In this document: piece by piece, positions 1 through 6,715 of the stretch
Numbering within the stretch: the stretch's first letter is position 1
Layout of the letters: each line of letters starts with the position of its first letter
Source: a virus
Lineage: Duplodnaviria > Caudoviricetes
Reading direction: 5' to 3' (one strand)
DNA length: 39,403 nucleotides
IMG/VR virus record: IMGVR_UViG_3300020149_000002
Span: 1-39,403 of that record
Position numbers and translations under genes: made by a program
Notes under the pieces: model-generated
The model's database searches: none
Seen by the model: the letters and a program-made list of their open reading frames with translations, nothing else
What the model was told of the DNA's origin: nothing

Positions 1-8
1 ATCGGATC
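1..8. repeat. att core, left copy (ATCGGATC)
   Basis: Identical to 39396-39403. Confidence 0.7.
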
Positions 9-34
9 ACCAATTATACATTTAGATGCAAAAT

Positions 35-250
35 TTATTTTAATCGTTTGAAGTTGACCATTCCAAATTTAATGCCATAGGTGGTAAGTAATTTAACAGA
101 TACATCAATCGGGGTAAAGTGCGGAAATAGCTCGTAAAGCATCAACTCGCATAGACTTATATCTGATAATCTTGCTGCCTGGTTTAAAGTTAAGCCCGAA
201 AGCAATCGTGCATATCTTAATGAGATTTTTTCTGTATTCAACATAATCAA
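35..250 (-). CDS. Small XRE-like HTH protein
   Basis: SLRYARLLSGLTLNQAARLSDIS..L..YE fits an HTH_3-like pattern; AGAAAGG SD upstream. Confidence 0.6.
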   Translation of the reverse strand: MIMLNTEKISLRYARLLSGLTLNQAARLSDISLCELMLYELFPHFTPIDVSVKLLTTYGIKFGMVNFKRLK

Positions 251-266
251 ACCTTTCTTTATTAAT

Positions 267-332
267 AAAAAAATAGAGCCGACACATACGCCCCCCCTTT
301 TTTTCTGGTGTGGGAAGCGTAAATGCCGACTC
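267..332 (-). terminator. Long GU-rich terminator/attenuator hairpin
   Basis: Minus-strand RNA 332-312 pairs with 296-276 (21 positions, one mismatch, five G-U pairs), followed by UAUUUUUUU. Confidence 0.65.
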
Positions 333-366
333 CGATCTGGCCTTTATCCTTAGCAGTAGTCGTTAG

Positions 367-978
367 TTATGCTGTTAGCAATTGGTCCAAACTATGGCCG
401 AAGGTAAACGTGGTCGTCTGCTCCATGTAGTTATCGCCGGCTACGGAAATCATCACATCTAAAATCTCCAGCGCTGGATTGATGCTATAAAATTGCGGTT
501 GAAAATCTGAACGCATTATTCGGCTGATCTCTTCCAGGAATTTTTCGTAATTACCGCACTCTTTTGTGAACTCAAGCAACCATAGTTCGAAGGGCGTAAA
601 CGTAGAAACATATTTGACGACTATTTGATTTGCTGTAATTGCGACTTGGGTTGTAATCGGCCCTTGCCCCGACCATCGCTTTTTAAGCCAAGCAGCGTTG
701 ATGGTTAATTGTTTTTCAATTTTTTGTATGTCCATCGTCTCGCCTGTTGTTGATTTTTCTTTGCTTTGTGCTACTATAGATTTGTTAGTCGTTTTTCGCA
801 GTTCACCCGTTCCAGCGGGCCTGCGATGAGGCCGTTTACTCTCGACGGAGTTGGCGGTCTCTTTGTTCGTCCAGTCGTCAATATGCCGATTAACATCTGC
901 TGCTGGCGCACGTGCATGTAGCATGTGCTTAATCGCCAAAATATCGTTTACCGTTTGATCAATGCTCATTGCGTCCAT
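367..978 (-). CDS. Protein with C-terminal DUF2294/MpsC-like domain
   Basis: C-terminal KKRWSGQGP..QV.I..NQIVV....FTPFE..LL resembles the DUF2294 G-x-G-P...T-P-x-E signature; N-terminal ~80 aa look like a low-structure linker. Confidence 0.55.
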   Translation of the reverse strand: MDAMSIDQTVNDILAIKHMLHARAPAADVNRHIDDWTNKETANSVESKRPHRRPAGTGELRKTTNKSIVAQSKEKSTTGETMDIQKIEKQLTINAAWLKKRWSGQGPITTQVAITANQIVVKYVSTFTPFELWLLEFTKECGNYEKFLEEISRIMRSDFQPQFYSINPALEILDVMISVAGDNYMEQTTTFTFGHSLDQLLTA

Positions 979-988
979 CCCTTCTCGT

Positions 989-1019
989 TTTGCGTTTAAG
1001 CGCAGGATAATTTGCGTTT
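989..1019. promoter_or_regulatory. 9-bp direct repeat TTTGCGTTT x2 with 13-bp spacer (candidate LytTR site)
   Basis: Exact copies at 989-997 and 1011-1019; degenerate third copy ATTGCGTCC at 968-976. Confidence 0.35.
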
Positions 1020-1133
1020 CAATGCAACAAAGTCATATTACCACATGTCCAACCATGTTGAGCGATCTTTCGAAGTACCTTCGATTTTTGTTTACTTACA
1101 TATGTATTTGTGTTAGAATTTCCTCTCCAAAAC

Positions 1134-1181
1134 AGAAAAGCCAAACACCAAGGACTACTCGTCTCGGTGTTTGGCTTTTCT
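1134..1181. terminator. Probable bidirectional intrinsic terminator at the end of the agr-like operon
   Basis: 16-bp perfect inverted repeat AGAAAAGCCAAACACC / GGTGTTTGGCTTTTCT overlapping the LytTR stop. Confidence 0.7.
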
Positions 1182-1514
1182 GACTAAATGCATCAGGTCA
1201 TGCGCTATGACTCGCCCTTTATTTGTTGATGCGTACAAACTCCGGTCATCATTAAAATATACAGTGCGGAAGTCTTCGCTAATTTCGGTGATAAGATTAG
1301 TATTGACCAGGTTTACAGTATCCAGCATTTTAAAACCCGAAGTACCTAGCCACTTTTCAAATACGTCCAGAGTCACGATCTGGTAGAACGTACCGCTATT
1401 CGTGTGGAAAATGGGGATTTTTTTATCTAGGCTGACGAAGTATACCTCGGTATCTAGGTTGAATTTACGAACTTCCCCGGTTTCCCTTGAAACCACGGTG
1501 ACTTCATTCTCCAC
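1155..1514 (-). CDS. Stand-alone LytTR-domain regulator (no receiver domain)
   Basis: 119 aa; VYFVS...IFHT..G.F...TL..FEKWL..SGF..LD.VNLVN...I..I matches the LytTR fold pattern; GTG start with GAGGGA SD. Confidence 0.8.
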   Translation of the reverse strand: MENEVTVVSRETGEVRKFNLDTEVYFVSLDKKIPIFHTNSGTFYQIVTLDVFEKWLGTSGFKMLDTVNLVNTNLITEISEDFRTVYFNDDRSLYASTNKGRVIAHDLMHLVRKAKHRDE

Positions 1515-1517
1515 AAT

Positions 1518-1667
1518 CTATCCCTCTCTAGGGGGCTTCGGCAGGCCAATCCATCCCTTCAAAACTGTGCGCCCGGCATTTTCTTTTTTATCTGCTCTGT
1601 TTTGGAATGATGCAATAAAATCATCGGATTTTCTGACCAAAGTTATCGCTGCTTTCTTGAGTATCAT
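1518..1667 (-). CDS. AgrD-like cyclic peptide precursor, 49 aa (not in ORF track)
   Basis: Hand-translated MILKKAAITLVRKSDDFIASFQNRADKKENAGRTVLKGWIGLPKPPREG*; fills the gap between agrB and lytTR; AAGGAG SD at the end of agrB; C-terminal P-x-x-P tail as in AgrD. Confidence 0.7.
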   Translation of the reverse strand: MILKKAAITLVRKSDDFIASFQNRADKKENAGRTVLKGWIGLPKPPREG

Positions 1668-1675
1668 AAATCAAA

Positions 1676-2155
1676 TCATCTCCTTGGTATCAATGTAATA
1701 AGTTGAGATAATAAAGCTAGACTGACGGACGGCAGCGCGACAATCATGCACAAAACAACTATTATCACAGATGCAATTTTGTCTCGTTTAATGACGCTTC
1801 GGCGCGCCAGCACAAACGGCAAACACCCTGCACTCAAGATAAACGCCGCGCTTTTGTCGATGGGGATGTGGGGTATTGACGCGAGCAGAGTTGCTGACAC
1901 AGCAGTGCATACCGTGAGTGACCGAAAGTGATATCCCCCGGTATACTTGCGGAAGTAATAGAAAGTGATCATTGCAATTAGCGTTTCTGCAAATCGCCCG
2001 GTCAATAGACCGATCAGCGAAGATGATATAATCACTGTGAAGAATCCGATGAAATACGCCAGTGTAAAGCGTATGTTCTCGACATTACCCGAAGAGGCTT
2101 TGTTGGCCACTATCACTGCGAGTCTGCAAGAAATACTCTCAATCGGATCGGTCAA
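1676..2155 (-). CDS. agrB: AgrB-family peptide-processing membrane protease
   Basis: Multi-TM; FRKYTGGYHFRSLTVC keeps the AgrB R..GG.H-x6-C catalytic His/Cys spacing. Confidence 0.9.
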   Translation of the reverse strand: MTDPIESISCRLAVIVANKASSGNVENIRFTLAYFIGFFTVIISSSLIGLLTGRFAETLIAMITFYYFRKYTGGYHFRSLTVCTAVSATLLASIPHIPIDKSAAFILSAGCLPFVLARRSVIKRDKIASVIIVVLCMIVALPSVSLALLSQLITLIPRR

Positions 2156-2811
2156 CTAACCCCCCTCCTGTTCGAGAGGTAGATCAGAGCGGTAAAAGCG
2201 GCGAACACTGTCGGTAATGCAATGTATGATCGCCAATGAGAGATGAAATGGAACAGAATGAAGAACGAAGTCGCGACAACCAGTATTAGAAAGAAAACTG
2301 CAATTTCCTTAGGTTTAAATTTATCGTTCAAAAAATGAGGAGGGCGTATTATCGAAGACCTCCCCCAACCAAAACGATACATAATATATGCAATCAATAG
2401 AGCACACGAACTTGTGCTTAATTGCATTAGATATGCCTGGTATCCAATGGATTGCTGAGTGACATCCGATGAAACAAGTCCAACGGACCTATATATGATA
2501 TAGATAGCGAAACTCAGCGCGCCATAAACCAAATAGACAAGCGAAAGAACTATTGATGCTTTCATTCTTACCTTGATGATTGCTCTAAAAAACAAAATAT
2601 ACAGACACATCTGCACCACTAAATCGACTACTCCTCCATCTAACTCCACTCTTATTACATAAGAGAGCAAAGTCACAACAAAACTCATTAGCAGAACTTC
2701 CTTGTAGTACTCAAAAAAAGGGAACCGATAGCATCGGAACATCAGTGCTAGGATAGCAAACGTATCCAGCATTCCCAACGTTAAAAACAACAAAAAATCC
2801 AATTTCAACAT
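2152..2811 (-). CDS. Multi-pass (about 6-7 TM) membrane protein, AgrC-sensor-like but with no kinase domain
   Basis: 219 aa, hydrophobic throughout; ends right after the last TM helix; GGAGGTGA SD; overlaps the agrB start. Confidence 0.7.
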   Translation of the reverse strand: MLKLDFLLFLTLGMLDTFAILALMFRCYRFPFFEYYKEVLLMSFVVTLLSYVIRVELDGGVVDLVVQMCLYILFFRAIIKVRMKASIVLSLVYLVYGALSFAIYIIYRSVGLVSSDVTQQSIGYQAYLMQLSTSSCALLIAYIMYRFGWGRSSIIRPPHFLNDKFKPKEIAVFFLILVVATSFFILFHFISHWRSYIALPTVFAAFTALIYLSNRRGVS

Positions 2812-2895
2812 TCACCTCCCTCGATTCACTTACCTTTACAATACTCCACCATTAGCCCATTTTCTATGGTTTTTTTATTGGAAAACTTTTTTCTC

Positions 2896-2924
2896 TTGCA
2901 TATTTGGAAATGATAGGATAATAT
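2896..2924 (+). promoter_or_regulatory. Candidate sigmaA promoter divergent from the agr-like operon
   Basis: TTGCAT-17 bp-TAATAT. Confidence 0.4.
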
Positions 2925-2930
2925 GAAAGC

Positions 2931-3165
2931 AAATCCGAAAGCATCGGTTAGAAAAGGGCCTTACAGGAAACCATCTCGTGAGAGCCCTTTTGCTATGCAA
3001 ATCGCAAAATCACAATCGCTTGGTAATTTGTCCACCCTATGTATAAACCTCCAAAATACCGTCTATACTGCATATAAAGCGTTAGCAACGCGGCCGCAAT
3101 GCGCTACATACGCGGATAACGAAAAACACCCCGCAAACCTAAAAAAGGTCTGCGGGGTGTTTGTG
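2931..3165 (+). ncRNA. Candidate structured sRNA divergent from the agr-like operon
   Basis: Promoter-like element upstream; stems at 2935-2947 and 2949-2995; C-rich CCUCC motif at 3048-3052; ends at the 3124-3162 hairpin; no convincing ORF. Confidence 0.3.
3122..3162. terminator. Intrinsic terminator after the endolysin (possibly bidirectional)
   Basis: AAACACCCCGCA...TGCGGGGTGTTT inverted repeat with a U-tract on the minus strand. Confidence 0.85.
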
Positions 3166-3171
3166 TTGAGG

Positions 3172-3861
3172 CTATGCAGTTGGCTGTCCCGACGCCTTGC
3201 GCAGCTCGTCGGCCAGCCGGTGAAACTCGTCTTGTGCCTCTTTGCTATTAGTAGCCTCGTAGGCCGCTGACAAAAAGGCGATCACCTTATTGGCATCATC
3301 CGCTTTAAGCATGTACTCACCTCCAATCAAAACATCATAGCGCTGCTGCACTCTGGCGACCACGTCCGACCACGTCTTACCCCACTTGGCTAAATATGCG
3401 ATGGGGTCCGTGTGCGTTGTGCCGCCGAGGTATCGGGTCACATCGGCATGTGCCCACAACGTGCCTGAGCCGTCGGCTTTGGCCACCGTGACACCGAGCT
3501 GCCGCGCTGACAGGTAATACGCAGCTCGGTAGCACCATGCGTCGTATGAGCGTTCAAACTCGGCTTTCGTTTGCGCCGAGCACAGCTCAAGATGGATGAA
3601 CCGCGGGTTCGCTTTGGCTCCCGCCCCGTACGCGATATAATTCGGATTGGCGACCTGAACGATCTCGCCGGGATCGATGAACTCATGCACAAAAGCGTCC
3701 TGCCAGTGCGCCACTTCATAGGCCCGCTCGCTGGTCGCCGTATCGTTCGTATTCGCCGTTTGATGCATCACCACGCCTTCCCATTGGCCGACTCCGCGGC
3801 GGTACGGGATGCGCGGCAAGTTCGGAATCCAATTGACGGTAACATTAGGCGTTGGTGTCAT
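3172..3861 (-). CDS. Endolysin, N-acetylmuramoyl-L-alanine amidase (Amidase_2 type)
   Basis: VVMHQTAN, AFVH, IHLELC and H.DP Zn-amidase motifs; directly after the holin. Confidence 0.9.
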   Translation of the reverse strand: MTPTPNVTVNWIPNLPRIPYRRGVGQWEGVVMHQTANTNDTATSERAYEVAHWQDAFVHEFIDPGEIVQVANPNYIAYGAGAKANPRFIHLELCSAQTKAEFERSYDAWCYRAAYYLSARQLGVTVAKADGSGTLWAHADVTRYLGGTTHTDPIAYLAKWGKTWSDVVARVQQRYDVLIGGEYMLKADDANKVIAFLSAAYEATNSKEAQDEFHRLADELRKASGQPTA

Positions 3862-4324
3862 TGGTGGTATCTCCTTTCCGCTGCAGCTGCTGCAAGAATT
3901 GCTTGATCGCGTTGGGCAACGGGACGCCCATCAGGTCGAGGTTTTCGACCACGCTCAACCCCTCACGAGCGATATAAAAATACATGGCCAGCGAGCGGAA
4001 CACCGGCGCGTCGCCGCCGACAAAGCGGTCCAGCATGACAGCCAGCGCCACCACGGCCATAACCACGCCTTTGCGGATGCCACCCCAGAACATCGTTTCC
4101 GAGTTGACAGTCCTTGACCGGATCGCGCCCGCGAGGCCGGTTGCATAGTCGAGCACCATCAGAAAAATGAGCAGCTGCAGCGCTGTGTCCCAGCCGCCCA
4201 GGTATGCGCTGGCAATTGTTGCAGCCACGGCGGCCACGGCGCCGAATCCCGCCTCTTTCCCGGTGTCGCCCACCGCGGCAGTCATCAAATTAAGAGCAAG
4301 GTATTTTACATTCATTATTATCAC
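3845..4324 (-). CDS. Phage holin (toxin-secretion/phage-lysis holin family)
   Basis: LGGWD..L..L..LMVLDY.TG...S..M..G..RK...E.LS..ENL..MG.P.P signature. Confidence 0.9.
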   Translation of the reverse strand: MIIMNVKYLALNLMTAAVGDTGKEAGFGAVAAVAATIASAYLGGWDTALQLLIFLMVLDYATGLAGAIRSRTVNSETMFWGGIRKGVVMAVVALAVMLDRFVGGDAPVFRSLAMYFYIAREGLSVVENLDLMGVPLPNAIKQFLQQLQRKGDTTNDTNA

Positions 4325-4349
4325 TACGCCTTCCCGGCTGAGATTTGGG

Positions 4350-4378
4350 CAAATAAATAGCCCCGCTGCGCGCGGGGC
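4350..4378 (-). terminator. Intrinsic terminator between tail and lysis genes
   Basis: GCCCCGC-loop-GCGGGGC followed by UAUUUAUUU on the minus strand. Confidence 0.55.
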
Positions 4379-4389
4379 CGAGCGTGGAA

Positions 4390-4533
4390 CTAAGCTGCTG
4401 GATCGATTGGCTTGCCGGCGTCGTCGAGTCCAAGCGCGTCGAGCTCGGCTTTTACAGCCGGCTGCAGGCTGGCCGGCACCTGTGCGAGCGTGCGACGGCC
4501 GTTGACGATCAGCGCAACGTATACGTCTACCAT
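4390..4533 (-). CDS. CD1375-family small protein (copy 2), 47 aa
   Basis: [31 protein letters not shown]; GGAGGTGA SD supports a start at 4533. Confidence 0.7.
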   Translation of the reverse strand: MVDVYVALIVNGRRTLAQVPASLQPAVKAELDALGLDDAGKPIDPAA

Positions 4534-4595
4534 GAGTGCGTCACCTCCCCTCGTTAGCAATAAAAGAGCCCGGAGCAGCAGATTGACCAACATCG

Positions 4596-4721
4596 TCAAT
4601 CACCTGCCGCTCGGGCTGCATCCTCATCCAGCAATCGCTGGACCTCGTCTCGTAAATGGCCGGGCACTTGGTCGATCGTTCGGCGGCCCTGTTTGACCAG
4701 GTTGTAATAGACTTGAATCAC
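4596..4721 (-). CDS. CD1375-family small protein (copy 1), 41 aa (not in ORF track)
   Basis: Hand-translated [41 protein letters not shown]; GTG start after GGAGG. Confidence 0.7.
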   Translation of the reverse strand: MIQVYYNLVKQGRRTIDQVPGHLRDEVQRLLDEDAARAAGD

Positions 4722-4725
4722 TTGA

Positions 4726-5091
4726 TCAACCTCCTCCTAAAGTCAAAAACAACTCGTAGACTTCGGCTACTGCTTCCAACGTCATCAGGTTGTCACTTTT
4801 CAACTTCGCGTTTTCGGCCTCGAGTTGCTCGATTCGTTGATCGGGAGTCGGTGGGGCTGGAGGCAAGTCAGAAAGTTCATTCTCCAACTCAGCCGAGTCC
4901 CGCAGCACGATTTCATCGCCCTGCCACTTGTAAAGATACTGGCCCGCATCATTGATCAATTGCCGCTGGAAATGCCGCGGGGCATCGCCGTCAATGCAGA
5001 TGTCGCCCGGTCGCGGCGACTCGAACGCACTCGAAAACCCGTGAACCACCATGCCGCCAACGACACGCACATAATGTTGATAGTCTCCCAT
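4726..5091 (-). CDS. Tail-fibre-associated protein/chaperone
   Basis: Follows the fibre gene; C-terminal coiled coil P.PP..RIEQLE...LEAVAEVYE; AGGAGG SD supports a start at 5091. Confidence 0.6.
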   Translation of the reverse strand: MGDYQHYVRVVGGMVVHGFSSAFESPRPGDICIDGDAPRHFQRQLINDAGQYLYKWQGDEIVLRDSAELENELSDLPPAPPTPDQRIEQLEAENAKLKSDNLMTLEAVAEVYELFLTLGGG

Positions 5092-5101
5092 CCATATCCT
5101 C

Positions 5102-6700
5102 CTAAAGTTCGGCATCGAAACCTATCCAAGTATTCGATCCATCTACGCCTTGGATAATTGCTGACTGGTTAAGAGTTAGTCCGCTGCCGGAACATGATAG
5201 ATTGACAGATTCCCGCGTTCCATCTGAAAAGCTGACCGTTGTCGTCATGCCCCCCGGCAAAATACGGAACCCTGACCCACCTTGAACAAGAGTTGGTATC
5301 ACTCTCTTGGGAACTCTAAAAGTGTAAACAAGATTATATGAGGTTGTGGAAACAGCCGTTGCCACGCCAAGTTCAACTCTACCACCCGCTTGAGTTCTAC
5401 TGTCAAGAACTTCATAGTAGCGCTGGCACGCACGTAATTCCTCATCAAACGACCTCGGCCAAAAAGATAGCGCCGTGTCTCCTGCACAAATCTGAGTTTG
5501 AACAATGTCGGTGTATCCTGACCCGACAAACGTTTCGATAGCTGGTGAACCTCCGAATCGAAATGCACCTGTGGTCGTACCCCACGAGTAAGAGAACACG
5601 ACGCTTAGGAAGTCATCATTATTACTTCCGAACGTCTTTCCGACTAGGGTGTTAGTGGTAAAGGTGTAAGTGTACTTTTGCCATGAAGAAGTTAAAGTGA
5701 AAATTGGTCCTGTCAAATACTCTTGTGCCGAAGGTGTTCCTCCAGAACCATAGTATTGAAGTAAGTTTATCCCTATTTTTTTACCGGAAATCGAACTTTT
5801 GGCCCAGAACGATACGGTTACTTTTTTTCCACTACCGCACAAATAGCGGGTTCCAAATTCAATCATTTGTCTCAGGTCATAACTAGCGTTTGTTCCAATT
5901 CCCGTCCCTGCGCCGTCCGTGGCAATGCGATAGAAATAAAATGATCCTTGCATAATTCCCGGCAAAAAAGCTTCTTTAGTATGGGTTATGCTGGGCCACG
6001 ACCCACCGTCAGGATTGTTGTGAGTCCTCCAATGGTCTGACGTATACGAGGTATGGGCTGGATTAACAAATGTTGTACCGCGCTGCCAGATATCGAAATT
6101 ACCATTTATCAACGCTTGTCTTGATGTGCAAGCAATGAATGAATCGATTTGATCGTGTGTATTAATTCCAGCCCCGGCTAAATTGCTATGCGCAATTTTT
6201 GGTCCATCGCCGTCCAAGCCACTGTGCGTATGTCCTCCGCTGTTTAGGAATTTATTATAAAGAGCTTTAAGGTTCGTGATGGGCAGCGACGCCCAACTCG
6301 TCTCGCCGGTAATATTTTTGATCAACTTGCCCAGCATGCTAAACAGATTGCCAACAGTGTTCGGGCCCGCCACTGGCGTCGCTGTGTCATCAATCGTCCG
6401 ATTGCCGATGACTGTATCCGTGGCCGCTCCATTAGTCAAACCTGCGCTATCAATCTTGGGTCCATCACCATCTACGCCGGAATGGGCATGGCCGCCGCTG
6501 ACGAGGAATTTCTCATCGACATAAGTCTTTTCGGCTACTTTCACGTATAACTCATCCAATGCGGCGCTCGTCCGCGAAAACAACCAATTGAAGTAATCGG
6601 CCGGCGGCTTCTCGCCCGGAGCAAAGCCGCTAGTTTTTTTTGATCCCGGCGGTTCGACACCAGGAGCCTGCCAAGCTGGCAATTGTTCTTCTAATGCCAC
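5102..6700 (-). CDS. Tail fibre / receptor-binding protein
   Basis: N-terminal LP.W...G.EPP.....G...G.KPPA.YFNW anchor; duplicated GH.HSG.DGDGPKI repeat; C-terminal INGNFDIWQRG...EEL..CQRYY domain. Confidence 0.85.
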   Translation of the reverse strand: MALEEQLPAWQAPGVEPPGSKKTSGFAPGEKPPADYFNWLFSRTSAALDELYVKVAEKTYVDEKFLVSGGHAHSGVDGDGPKIDSAGLTNGAATDTVIGNRTIDDTATPVAGPNTVGNLFSMLGKLIKNITGETSWASLPITNLKALYNKFLNSGGHTHSGLDGDGPKIAHSNLAGAGINTHDQIDSFIACTSRQALINGNFDIWQRGTTFVNPAHTSYTSDHWRTHNNPDGGSWPSITHTKEAFLPGIMQGSFYFYRIATDGAGTGIGTNASYDLRQMIEFGTRYLCGSGKKVTVSFWAKSSISGKKIGINLLQYYGSGGTPSAQEYLTGPIFTLTSSWQKYTYTFTTNTLVGKTFGSNNDDFLSVVFSYSWGTTTGAFRFGGSPAIETFVGSGYTDIVQTQICAGDTALSFWPRSFDEELRACQRYYEVLDSRTQAGGRVELGVATAVSTTSYNLVYTFRVPKRVIPTLVQGGSGFRILPGGMTTTVSFSDGTRESVNLSCSGSGLTLNQSAIIQGVDGSNTWIGFDAEL

Positions 6701-6715
6701 GCCAACCCCTCCTTT

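Noticed and set aside
2925-3010. Possible c-di-GMP-I riboswitch (GCAAA...GAAA)
   Set aside because: The required P2 stem and downstream conserved GACGCAAAG-type segment are not present
2923-3270. 115-aa + strand ORF
   Set aside because: Runs through a strong terminator hairpin and antisense into the endolysin; weak SD; no recognisable motif
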